Source: a virus. From it: a DNA stretch of 64,000 nt. Position numbers and translations under genes: made by a program. The stretch covers positions 32,001-96,000 of the IMG/VR virus record IMGVR_UViG_3300020469_000020. One strand, 5' to 3'. The notes beneath the pieces were generated by a model. It did not search any database. It was not told the DNA's origin and worked only from the letters and a program-made list of their open reading frames with translations. Positions 9,722 through 19,221 of the stretch are shown piece after piece (the stretch's first letter is position 1; every line of letters begins with the position of its first letter).

Positions 9722-10963
9722 TTAAACGTATTTTGAAATAGCTTGTGTGTATACATCCATTGCTGAAGGCGCAGCTGGCTCAGCATGATAATCTTCTACA
9801 AGTGTAGATGATTCAAACTGCTCATTCTCAATAATATCATCATTTTTAGTTTCATTATTTACTTCTTCTTTTGAAGAGAAATAATGTTCTTTAATAATTT
9901 GAACCTTCTTTTCAAATTCTTGTTCGTCTTCAAAGTCAACTGATTCTGTTAGGTTCATCAATTGATCTTTTTCTGCCATAGTCAAATCTTCAGACTTCTC
10001 ACTAATGATATTTTTTCTCTTTTCTTCTTGAAGTTGCTTCTTCAATCGCATGTTTCTCTTTAGATGAGTATTGACTTGCTCTTGAAGTTCTTCTGTTTTT
10101 TCTTCCAATGAAACAACAAGGTCTTCTTTTTCTTCTGGTACATCAATGTAATTTTCTGTGAAAAGATTTTTCAAACCAAAAATAAAGTTTTCTGTGATTT
10201 CAGTGCGAACACCTTTTTCAACAGCTAACTCATTTTCTTTCAACCACTCTTCCGCAACATATGTAACATACTCATCAACTTTAGAAGTTAGATTATCAAG
10301 TTCTTCATGAAGTTGTTCAGCATGTGCCTCTACAGCTTCTTTCAGGTTTGCATTATATTGTTCTTCTAATTCTTCTTTTAATTCATTGACTTCTTCATTA
10401 ATTCTCTGAGTGAGAACTGTTTCAAATAGCAATGCAGCTTTTTCTTTAAATTCTTCACTTAGAGTTTCATCTTGAGAAAATAAAGATTCAATTTGCTCTT
10501 GCATTTCTTCTTTCTTTTTCTTTTTCTTCGCATGATACATTTCGTCTAGTTCCTCATCATCGTCATCATCTTTTTTATCATCATCGTCATCGTCATCATC
10601 TTTTTCCTCTTCATCATCATCATCATCTTTTTTCTTTTTCTTCTTTGCTGCTTCTTCTACAGTTTCATCTTCAGCAGCAACAACTTCTTCTTCAGCTACA
10701 TCTTCTTTCATCGTTTCTTCCTTGTCCATAGCTTTCATTTCATCCATCATTTGTGTAGCCATAGTATCAATTGTAGTACCTTTGTCAATGGTAACTTGAG
10801 TAGCAGATGCATTCATTTTCATCTCCTTCATTAGAGCATTGATGCATGAATCCACTTTATCTTCAGGCACAACTGTGCTAAGATCAGTAGAATTTTCAAT
10901 TTCGTCTCCGTATCTTTTCTTCATAAATTCGGAAATCCTATTCTTTAATTCTGTTTTAGTCAT
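9722..10963 (-). CDS. gp22: Prohead core scaffolding protein gp22
   Basis: LSEEFKEKAALLFE, YVAEEWLKENELAVEKG, FIFGLKNLFTENYIDVPEEK; between gp21 and gp23. Confidence 0.93.
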   Translation of the reverse strand: MTKTELKNRISEFMKKRYGDEIENSTDLSTVVPEDKVDSCINALMKEMKMNASATQVTIDKGTTIDTMATQMMDEMKAMDKEETMKEDVAEEEVVAAEDETVEEAAKKKKKKDDDDDEEEKDDDDDDDDKKDDDDDEELDEMYHAKKKKKKEEMQEQIESLFSQDETLSEEFKEKAALLFETVLTQRINEEVNELKEELEEQYNANLKEAVEAHAEQLHEELDNLTSKVDEYVTYVAEEWLKENELAVEKGVRTEITENFIFGLKNLFTENYIDVPEEKEDLVVSLEEKTEELQEQVNTHLKRNMRLKKQLQEEKRKNIISEKSEDLTMAEKDQLMNLTESVDFEDEQEFEKKVQIIKEHYFSSKEEVNNETKNDDIIENEQFESSTLVEDYHAEPAAPSAMDVYTQAISKYV

Positions 10964-11010
10964 TAGATTCCTTTTTATTTAATGTTAAACCTTTTGGTCT
11001 GTTTATATAT

Positions 11011-11018
11011 TATTTATA
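11011..11018 (-). promoter_or_regulatory. Late promoter TATAAATA for gp22
   Basis: Exact consensus, intergenic. Confidence 0.7.
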
Positions 11019-11023
11019 TTATT

Positions 11024-11893
11024 TCAATTCTTTGCAACTTCTTTAAGAAAGTTATCAAATATTTTAAGTGTTTCTTGCTCTCTTTTTTCTTGTAATTTTT
11101 CTTTAACACTTTTTTCAACAGCTTCTTTAGTGCTTTCAAGAAGTTGCTCTAAATGCTTTTCTTTCTTGCTAATTTGGAAATTAACTTTTGACTCAATCAA
11201 TTTTTTCATAGATGTATTTTCATTATTGAGAGCATATATTTTATCTTGCATATTTTTAATTTCAGATTTCATTTCTACTAAAGTATCAAACCAAAGCATA
11301 GGATTGTTAGAAGAATTTGTTTCTTCATTTACTTCAGCTTGCTTTCTAGTATATGATTTGGTATCAGCATTCCAAATCCAATCAACTGATTCCATTACCA
11401 TTTCAACGAAAGCTTTTGGAGCAGAGGGATCATAAACAATATCTATTGCAGATAATTGAAAATCTTCTCCAACCAATTGATAATCATCTTTTTGAGTTAA
11501 AGACCCAACTCCTCTTGAAGAAACTCCAAGTTTAACTCCTCCATCCACAAGACCACGAACAATGTTTCCGCATGGTGTATCCAGTACCTTTGCTTTTCCC
11601 ATGATATGATTGCCGTCAATATTAAGTTCAGTGACCATATGTGAAACTCTTTCAAGATTCACAGCAGGATCTGCAGGATGATTTAATTCACCTAAAGCAC
11701 GTTGAGTATTAACTTTTTCTGTGACGTATCTATCTGTTTCTTTTTGTAATGTGTCTATTGTGTAAACTCTACCATTCTTGTTCGTTTCTTCGGCTTGCAT
11801 AAAAATTCCAGAAAGATAATGAGTTTTAATCCCTTCTTCATTAGCTTCCGTAATGGCTTTTACATTATCTGAACTTTCTACAAGTAGTTTCAT
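11024..11893 (-). CDS. gp21: Prohead protease gp21
   Basis: GIFMQAE..NKNGRVY, ALGELNHP, GVSSRGVGS, DIVYDPSAP. Confidence 0.96.
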   Translation of the reverse strand: MKLLVESSDNVKAITEANEEGIKTHYLSGIFMQAEETNKNGRVYTIDTLQKETDRYVTEKVNTQRALGELNHPADPAVNLERVSHMVTELNIDGNHIMGKAKVLDTPCGNIVRGLVDGGVKLGVSSRGVGSLTQKDDYQLVGEDFQLSAIDIVYDPSAPKAFVEMVMESVDWIWNADTKSYTRKQAEVNEETNSSNNPMLWFDTLVEMKSEIKNMQDKIYALNNENTSMKKLIESKVNFQISKKEKHLEQLLESTKEAVEKSVKEKLQEKREQETLKIFDNFLKEVAKN

Positions 11894-11900
11894 TTTTCCT

Positions 11901-13316
11901 CTATCTTAATGTTTGTGACCTAGCTTTGGTTTGTTGTCTTTTAACAAACATCTTTTTCATTTTACCAGGATTTGCTTTAATTTTTCGCCATCTTTTCAAA
12001 GAGGCTTTACGATCTCTTTCTTTTTGTTTTGCTGGTTTTGTTGTTTTTGGTAAGCACATAACTTCTTTAACTTTTTTACCAGCAACAGTTATTTCTCTAT
12101 TTAGAGGTTTTTTATATTCATCACTCTTACATACCATTACAACTTTATTTAAACCTGTTCTTGGATTTCTTCTCCAGCGTACCTGAGCTACCGATTCTGT
12201 TGTTGTTTCTATTTGTTTGGGATTCACTACTTTTGGTGAATTGCTTTTCTGTTTACGAAATTGATTTATTATTTTATCAGAAAAAGTTTCTGCTCTTTTT
12301 TTAACTTCTTTTTCTGGTAGACCTTTTAAAGAGTCTACAAAACTTTTAAGTATTTTCATAAATTTTTCTTTTTCTTCTGGATCTAATCCTCTAGGATCAA
12401 TATTGGCTAAAACTGGTTTTCTTTTTTCTATTTCTGAACTTTTTTTATTTTCAATTCGTTTAGTATCTGATTTTTTTTCATCGGGTGATTCTTCATATTT
12501 TGCTGCTGTTTCATCGGTGTATTTCTTTATCATTTCTTCATGATGTTTTTTTGAATCAAAGTCATCATGGTCATTATCTTCTTGTCTGAGATAGCTTTCA
12601 AATCTTAATATTAATCTATCTCTTTCATTTATAGTCTCAGTAAAACTATATTTTAAATTTTTTTCTTCAGCATCTATATCAGTATTTTCTTCTAAAGTCA
12701 ATCTTGAAAGTCCAACATATACCATTGCCAATCTTTTTTCTATTCTAATTATAGTTTCTGCATCTATGATATCATCACTATTTAATTTTACAATATCTAA
12801 GTTTTTACCTATATTTAATAAATCATTGTCTTTCAGTTTTTTATTTTCAATACCATATGCTAATAATATTAAAATTTTTGAAAATAAATTCAAATTTTTA
12901 TGTAAATGTAAAAATGAAAAAGGTGCTAAGTTTTCATTACTTGGATTAACTTTAAATCTAGTATTGACTAAGTTCTTGTTTATTATACTTATGCTTTTAG
13001 CCAATTCTTTTATTTTTTGATAATCATTATATTGTTCTTTATTTTTCAGAAAAAGATTTTCTGTTTTTTTAATATATTCTATATTATCAGTTGCAGTTTT
13101 TTTAACTGTAGATTTTAGAGACTTATAAAATTCTTTAGTTTTATTTTTTGTACCTTTGTAAAATGATTTAAGTTTTTTTTCTTTAGCTACTGTTGATATT
13201 GAATTCCCTGTAGCAACCATGGCTTTCTTAAAAGTATTTAATTTATCTTTTACAGAAAACGGTATTTTAAATACTTCATTTATTACAATATCGTCTTCAG
13301 TTAAAAATCTTTTCAT
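11901..13316 (-). CDS. Hypothetical protein with basic gp68-like C-terminus
   Basis: Occupies gp68 position; basic C-terminus (KERDRKASLKRWRKIK...KRQQTKAR). Confidence 0.55.
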   Translation of the reverse strand: MKRFLTEDDIVINEVFKIPFSVKDKLNTFKKAMVATGNSISTVAKEKKLKSFYKGTKNKTKEFYKSLKSTVKKTATDNIEYIKKTENLFLKNKEQYNDYQKIKELAKSISIINKNLVNTRFKVNPSNENLAPFSFLHLHKNLNLFSKILILLAYGIENKKLKDNDLLNIGKNLDIVKLNSDDIIDAETIIRIEKRLAMVYVGLSRLTLEENTDIDAEEKNLKYSFTETINERDRLILRFESYLRQEDNDHDDFDSKKHHEEMIKKYTDETAAKYEESPDEKKSDTKRIENKKSSEIEKRKPVLANIDPRGLDPEEKEKFMKILKSFVDSLKGLPEKEVKKRAETFSDKIINQFRKQKSNSPKVVNPKQIETTTESVAQVRWRRNPRTGLNKVVMVCKSDEYKKPLNREITVAGKKVKEVMCLPKTTKPAKQKERDRKASLKRWRKIKANPGKMKKMFVKRQQTKARSQTLR

Positions 13317-13330
13317 TTATTTTCTCGTTG

Positions 13331-14002
13331 CTATTTCGTAGTGTATTCTTGAAATGCACCTTTATCAACTAATTTACTACCAAGAACGTCTCTTTTTTGT
13401 TTCATTATTTTCGCTTTTGGATTATCTTCACCATATCGTTGAACATATTGTCCATATGCTTGACTTAAAACTGTATATTTTTCTATACCACTTTCCTTTT
13501 TACCGGCATAGTTTAATACTTTTTTAACACTATCATTTGCAGTAAAAAATTTTATATCATCTAGTACAAACGGAGTTAATCTATCTTGTTCTTGACCAAT
13601 TTTATTTAATTTATCTTGTAAATTAGCTATCTTTTCGTTAATGTCAAAATCATCTTCACTGGGATTTTTATCTTCTAAATCAAATATTTGTTTACTAATT
13701 TTTCCCTGCTCTTTTACATTTTTCTCAAATTGTTTAGTTGCTGCTAATTGTCTTCTACCATCTTGGGTAAGACGTTTTGCTCCACTGCGGATTGTGTCTA
13801 ATGCTTTATTACCTACTCTAGCAGCACCTTCTTTTGCTTTTCCAGTAAGATTTTCAATTGCATCATCAATAAAAGATCTTTCTTCTAAGTAAGAAAGAGA
13901 AACCCCTGAGTTTATATAATAACTTTGATAATCTTCATTGATTAAGTTCGTTAGTAAATTACTCTGCTTCTGCAGGTTGTTCTGCTTTTGGTTGTTCTTC
14001 AT
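13331..14002 (-). CDS. Hypothetical protein in head cluster
   Basis: 223 aa ORF co-oriented with head genes. Confidence 0.6.
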   Translation of the reverse strand: MKNNQKQNNLQKQSNLLTNLINEDYQSYYINSGVSLSYLEERSFIDDAIENLTGKAKEGAARVGNKALDTIRSGAKRLTQDGRRQLAATKQFEKNVKEQGKISKQIFDLEDKNPSEDDFDINEKIANLQDKLNKIGQEQDRLTPFVLDDIKFFTANDSVKKVLNYAGKKESGIEKYTVLSQAYGQYVQRYGEDNPKAKIMKQKRDVLGSKLVDKGAFQEYTTK

Positions 14003-14162
14003 TTTCTACTTCTTTACTAAAAATTTTTTGAGAAAGTTCTTCTTTTTTATCTTGCAATTTATCATAGACTTTATTTGCAATTAAAGTTTCAAAGTTTTCT
14101 TTTGTGCCATTCATGTTTCCATCATTTACATTTTTAATTAATTCTTTTGCTACATTATCCAT
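13959..14162 (-). CDS. gp67: Prohead core protein gp67-like
   Basis: Small acidic protein right after portal; FE.LIANKVYDKL..KKEELSQ. Confidence 0.7.
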   Translation of the reverse strand: MDNVAKELIKNVNDGNMNGTKENFETLIANKVYDKLQDKKEELSQKIFSKEVENEEQPKAEQPAEAE

Positions 14163-15859
14163 TATAAGTCTCCTGTATCTGTTGTTACTGGAGTAGGTGT
14201 TGGTGTACCTCCTCCTAAATCATCAATCATTCCACCGCCTGTAGGTTCTGAAGCATCTGGACCTAAACCTCCTCCTAGACCCAATCCTAAATTACCTCCA
14301 CCAAGTCCTCCGAGTCCTCCATCCATTCCAAATCCTGGTTCACCTTCTTTTGGAGCAAATCTTTGGTCATATTTTTCTTCTTCAATTTCTTCATCTATTC
14401 TTTCTATATCATCATCGCTCAAAGAAAGTATATTCTTGCGTATGTAATTTGCAGAGAAATATTTACCTCTGTATTCTTCAGCATCTCTCAATACATTCAT
14501 TTTTTCTGTAAGTAACTCTAAATTTTTGAGTGCATTAAAATTACTATCTTGATCGTAAATAAAATGAATGTCTTCTCGCATATCATCCCACTGTTTAATG
14601 GAAATGATATTTTTTAAAATTAACTGTTTCTTTAATAATTCTAAAAAGAAATTTGCAAAACGTGTTCTTAATCTTTCAATGAATCTTAAAAATTTATATT
14701 CTTCTCTTGAAATTTCACTTGCTCTACCAAGTGAAAATCCACTTTCTGGTTGCATTCTAGAAATAGGAACATTTAGTGAACGAAATAATTGTCTTTGAAA
14801 AAATTCTAGTTCATCTAATTGTGTAAAATTTGCTTCACTTCCCTGTAGTGTATCTATTTCTGTAGTTGCACTTCCATTTCTTCTTGGCATCCAGTAATCT
14901 TCAAGCATAGCTTGAAATTTTCTATCATCTCTTAGTTGTCCTGTTTTACTATCATAAACCATTTTATTTCTATACTGATTCATCAATGAATACATATACT
15001 GTTCAGCTTTTGCTTTAGGTAAATTACCTACATCAACATAGAAAACTCTGCGAGACGGTGCACGGCTCAGTCTATAAATGATAGCGGCATCTTCTAACAT
15101 TCTTATTTGATTTAAAGGACGAAATGCTTTGTGTAAATAAGATATTACGCTTTTTCTTCTTTCATCTAACAATCCGCTTGTTACGGCAGCAATTGAATCT
15201 GGAGCGATTTTAATTACGTTTTTGTTATCAGATTCTGTTTCGCTGTTGAATACACCGTTTTCTGAATATAAATAATATTCATTATATTTTTGATTTATGT
15301 TTACATCGTCCATTCCAACACGAATTTTATATTCTTCAGACTTGACTCTTTCTCTTATCTTTTTTATCTTAAAAGGATCTATAGGTCTGAGTTCTAGAAT
15401 ACCTTTTTGTGGGTTTTTAATATCAATTAATACTTGGTAATAAATTCTTCCATCTACAAACCACTTACGAAATATTTCATAACCAGAATATTTAAAGTTC
15501 AATTTATCTAATAACATATAAAATTCATCACTAATTTTATCTTTAATAAGAGATGAATAATCGCTCAAATAATCAAGTTCTATGTTTACTGGATAACTTT
15601 TTCTTCCCGAAATTATTGCTTCATTCACAATTTCATCAATAGCAAGTTCACATTCTGGTTGCATAGACATAGAACGATATCTAGCCATTAAATCAAATTC
15701 ATTACTAAAACTGCTATCTAAGTTTAAATAAGTTCCGTAAACTCCGGCCGAACCCACAATAGCAGAACCATCATCAAAATCAGGTGGTGTGAACGATTGT
15801 AAATTTGGTTCTTCTCTATCTTTCTGTTCTTCAAATTTCCATCCAAATAATGTAGCCAT
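14162..15859 (-). CDS. gp20: Portal protein gp20
   Basis: SYLHKA..PLNQIRMLEDA.IIYRLSRAP.RRVFYVDVGNLPK.KAEQY; EDYWMPRR. Confidence 0.98.
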   Translation of the reverse strand: MATLFGWKFEEQKDREEPNLQSFTPPDFDDGSAIVGSAGVYGTYLNLDSSFSNEFDLMARYRSMSMQPECELAIDEIVNEAIISGRKSYPVNIELDYLSDYSSLIKDKISDEFYMLLDKLNFKYSGYEIFRKWFVDGRIYYQVLIDIKNPQKGILELRPIDPFKIKKIRERVKSEEYKIRVGMDDVNINQKYNEYYLYSENGVFNSETESDNKNVIKIAPDSIAAVTSGLLDERRKSVISYLHKAFRPLNQIRMLEDAAIIYRLSRAPSRRVFYVDVGNLPKAKAEQYMYSLMNQYRNKMVYDSKTGQLRDDRKFQAMLEDYWMPRRNGSATTEIDTLQGSEANFTQLDELEFFQRQLFRSLNVPISRMQPESGFSLGRASEISREEYKFLRFIERLRTRFANFFLELLKKQLILKNIISIKQWDDMREDIHFIYDQDSNFNALKNLELLTEKMNVLRDAEEYRGKYFSANYIRKNILSLSDDDIERIDEEIEEEKYDQRFAPKEGEPGFGMDGGLGGLGGGNLGLGLGGGLGPDASEPTGGGMIDDLGGGTPTPTPVTTDTGDL

Positions 15860-15934
15860 GAAACCAAACTCCTTTTTTATAAATTATAACATTACGTTTC
15901 ATTTATTTATCAATCAGAATATTTAAAAACAAAA

Positions 15935-15959
15935 AACCCGCATGTATTAAATGCGGGTT
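15935..15959 (-). terminator. Intrinsic terminator after gp19
   Basis: aacccgcat-N7-atgcgggtt hairpin followed by U tract on - strand. Confidence 0.75.
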
Positions 15960-15990
15960 CTAAGTTTTCAATTTTAAAAAATATTATATT

Positions 15991-16680
15991 TTAAGCGACT
16001 TCAGATGTTGCTCCACTCCAACCTTCTGCTCTCAATCCAGATAAATTGGTTTCAGAGAATGGATTATTTCCTGCCGGATCGTTTGCGGCTGCAGGTAATT
16101 TTTCCCAATACTGATAAGAGAATGTTACACTAAATTCTTCAATTGTGTCTTTATTATCCCAACTTAAATCAATAGGTGATACGTTGACAGGAAATGCATC
16201 TTTAAAATAGTAAGATGCTATGTAAGGACCAGTTGCGCTTTGCCCCTCTGCAATACCACCACTCTTTTTTAATTGATGTACTTCAAAATTTCCAAATATT
16301 GTTGGCGTTGTGCCAAATCCACTCTTAGATTCAAAGATAGCTTTACCTGGAGCCATGAATTCAATCCAAGTTTCAAAAACATGTCTTATTTTATAATCTT
16401 CATCATTAATCACAGTAACTGTCCAATCTGCAAATGTTCTATCAATAGAAGGTACTTTAAATTCTCTACCTAAAAAATTAATAGGTATACTAGCAATTGT
16501 GCTTTCTGGTATCTGTGCTGATTTTATGAAAAAAGAAATGTCTGGTGTAGTTAAACCAGTTGCATCTCTAAGTGCTGGTAATTCACCATTATCTGGAAAA
16601 TCTATTTTAGCATAAAACAAAGAGGGTCTTGCCCCTCCTTGTGCTAATTTATTTCTTAATGCGGTTACGCTAATTCCCAT
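15991..16680 (-). CDS. gp19: Tail tube protein gp19
   Basis: GGARPSLF, DRTFADWTVTVINDEDY, IDLSWD..DTIEEFSVTFSYQYW. Confidence 0.95.
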   Translation of the reverse strand: MGISVTALRNKLAQGGARPSLFYAKIDFPDNGELPALRDATGLTTPDISFFIKSAQIPESTIASIPINFLGREFKVPSIDRTFADWTVTVINDEDYKIRHVFETWIEFMAPGKAIFESKSGFGTTPTIFGNFEVHQLKKSGGIAEGQSATGPYIASYYFKDAFPVNVSPIDLSWDNKDTIEEFSVTFSYQYWEKLPAAANDPAGNNPFSETNLSGLRAEGWSGATSEVA

Positions 16681-16729
16681 TTTACTCCTTTAAAAGAAGG
16701 TGAAAAATACACCTTATTGTATTTCTTAT

Positions 16730-19132
16730 TTATACACCGAGATCTGAAAATTCTACAGATTGTCCAACTGCAGTAAAGTTTAACTGAATAAAATTGATAA
16801 CATATGTTGGCTTGATATAAATATCAGCTACAAATTTATTTTGCTCAATAAGTAAATCAGTGTTATTTACCTCACTACAAACTACACGGAAATCAGAAGC
16901 ACCTTGTTCTGTAACAACAGTTTCAAGATATGCTTCAGTTACTCTTGCGAATTCAGCTCGAGTAGATGGAGTGTTAAATTCAAACAATCTTCTTCTTGCT
17001 TGAGCAACCACAAACTCTTTCAAAGTAATAAATAACCTTCTCACATTAATTCTATCAAAAGCACTTGCAAAATTTTGCAATGTTTTATCACCATAAAGCA
17101 TTGTTCCTTCACCTCTAAAGGTAATAACTGGATTTACTTGACTAACATAAAGCTCATCCCTTTGTGCTTGTGATGGATTATAAGCAAGTTTTACTACGTT
17201 TTTAATTACACCTCTTACAGCTCCGGCAGGTGAGAACCAAGGTTTAAAGTTTTCATCAGTTCTTGCCATTAAACCACCGATGTCTCCAGACAATGGCAAC
17301 CATCTATAAGTGTCTGCATATTGATCGTATTGATACTTAAAGTTTCCGTCCATAATAGCGTAAGAACTACTATAAACAGATTCTCTCCATGTTATCAAAT
17401 TATCTGTTATTGTCTCAGGATTAGAAATACCTCTTGCTACAGTATTGTATTCTGGAGATACACATACCACACAATCTTTTCTATCTTCAGCAACTTGTAT
17501 CATTTTAGAAATTGCTAATTGATAATTAATTGGTGCTGCACTATTATAAGTCCATCCAGTTAAAAAGAAATCTAATTCATATGTCTCTTTTGCTCTAAAC
17601 AACTCTACGGCAGCTATTACATCTGCTGTACCCATAGCACTTCCGTTAACACCACCAGTGAAACTAGAAACACTAGCATCAGATGCTGCAGAACCCAAAG
17701 TATTGTTGTATGTTCCAAATACTGTTCCTAATGCAGTAGATCCCCAATTAGAAGTTGTTACTGGATGTATTGCCCAACGAACCCATGAAGAATTAGTATT
17801 GATTCTTGAGACATAATAGGTAGGTACACCAAAATCATCTGTACCATCTTTTGCTAGTGAAAGGAAAGCATATGATTCTATAACTTCATTCATTCTACCA
17901 GTTATCATTCCTTGCTCATCTAAAACTACCAAGTGCATTTGGTCATTGTAATCACCAGTTGGATTACCATTCAATGTTCTTATTGAAGTTGAAGTTGCAG
18001 GTTCTGCTGTGAAACTATCTGCATATCTCCATTTTCTACTCCAACTTACAGGTGTATCACTTGTATATGAACCAACTAGACTTCCGTTTAATTTTAATTG
18101 AGTATCACTTACTACTTGTGTAACTCTTGATGTTTGACCATCTACTGTAATGTGATCACCAACACTAACTTGTTTTGTAAACACAGTTCCTGAACCATAT
18201 AATACGTTTGTATTATTAGTAAAGTAAACCATACCCATTAGATTTTTTGGAGAATTTCTTCTAGCACCAGAAGCAAACTCTGCAAATTTAGATCTTTCTC
18301 TAACTGTTATTTGAGTTACAAAAGCCGAAGCTGAATATTCTACAGCAGGAGGTGCAGTATGTGTTCCAACATTAACCCATGCTACTGCAGTTTTTGCTCC
18401 AGTATCCATAGATTGAAACAACATGTTATATTCTTTAGAATTAAAATCAAATGTTATGACTTTTTGCTGAGTCATAATATCATCTTCAGTAAAGTATCCG
18501 TTTGCTCCATCCATAAAGTTGTAGTAGGTATTTGCAACTCCATTATTATTTGCAAATCTAACAGTGTACTTATTACCACTGATAGGAGTTAACTCAATTT
18601 GATTTAAATTATCATTAGCAGTATTAGCCAAACCTTGAGCGTGTGCTCTTTCAGTTGCAAAACACATGTCTACTTTTAAAGTATTTCCTAAAGTACCTGG
18701 AAACTTAGCTATCCATGGTCCATGTGTACTAGTGCTACCAAAAATACTTCCACCACCTGTACCATCACTCAAACCACCTTCTGAAATTAGAAGACTGTCA
18801 TTATAACTTTCATCATTTGTAACTAAAACAGCAGTTCCTGAAAATGTAGCGTTCTTAGTGTTTGCACTGTCTACCATTCTTACTACATTTAAAGAAGTAG
18901 CGTAATCTAAAAAGTTTTTACCATTAAACCATTCTATATAATTGTCACTTTCAGGCTTTCCAAACTCAAGAGCAAGTTCTGTTTCACTTGCTACCATCGT
19001 AGGAATCATTGCAGGTCCCCATGAATAGCGACCAACTACACCACCAACGCTTAATTGAGGAACTGTCACGGTGGTTAGTGAGTTGTCAAATTCTCTTGTA
19101 ACTATTCCAGGAGAAAGTGAGAAATCTGCCAT
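16730..19132 (-). CDS. gp18: Tail sheath protein gp18
   Basis: LSPGIVTREFD, PWFSPAG..RG, GDKT...SAFDRINVRRLF, IYIKP..INFIQLNF. Confidence 0.97.
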   Translation of the reverse strand: MADFSLSPGIVTREFDNSLTTVTVPQLSVGGVVGRYSWGPAMIPTMVASETELALEFGKPESDNYIEWFNGKNFLDYATSLNVVRMVDSANTKNATFSGTAVLVTNDESYNDSLLISEGGLSDGTGGGSIFGSTSTHGPWIAKFPGTLGNTLKVDMCFATERAHAQGLANTANDNLNQIELTPISGNKYTVRFANNNGVANTYYNFMDGANGYFTEDDIMTQQKVITFDFNSKEYNMLFQSMDTGAKTAVAWVNVGTHTAPPAVEYSASAFVTQITVRERSKFAEFASGARRNSPKNLMGMVYFTNNTNVLYGSGTVFTKQVSVGDHITVDGQTSRVTQVVSDTQLKLNGSLVGSYTSDTPVSWSRKWRYADSFTAEPATSTSIRTLNGNPTGDYNDQMHLVVLDEQGMITGRMNEVIESYAFLSLAKDGTDDFGVPTYYVSRINTNSSWVRWAIHPVTTSNWGSTALGTVFGTYNNTLGSAASDASVSSFTGGVNGSAMGTADVIAAVELFRAKETYELDFFLTGWTYNSAAPINYQLAISKMIQVAEDRKDCVVCVSPEYNTVARGISNPETITDNLITWRESVYSSSYAIMDGNFKYQYDQYADTYRWLPLSGDIGGLMARTDENFKPWFSPAGAVRGVIKNVVKLAYNPSQAQRDELYVSQVNPVITFRGEGTMLYGDKTLQNFASAFDRINVRRLFITLKEFVVAQARRRLFEFNTPSTRAEFARVTEAYLETVVTEQGASDFRVVCSEVNNTDLLIEQNKFVADIYIKPTYVINFIQLNFTAVGQSVEFSDLGV

Positions 19133-19221
19133 ATCGTATCCTTTTATGATGTTTGTTATTATTAATTATACATCAGAAAAATAAATTATATTTAATTAAT
19201 TTTTTTATTTAAAAATATTTA

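Noticed and set aside
10510-10650. (TCA)n/(TTC)n microsatellite-like tract
   Set aside because: Encodes the poly-Asp/Lys linker of scaffold gp22.
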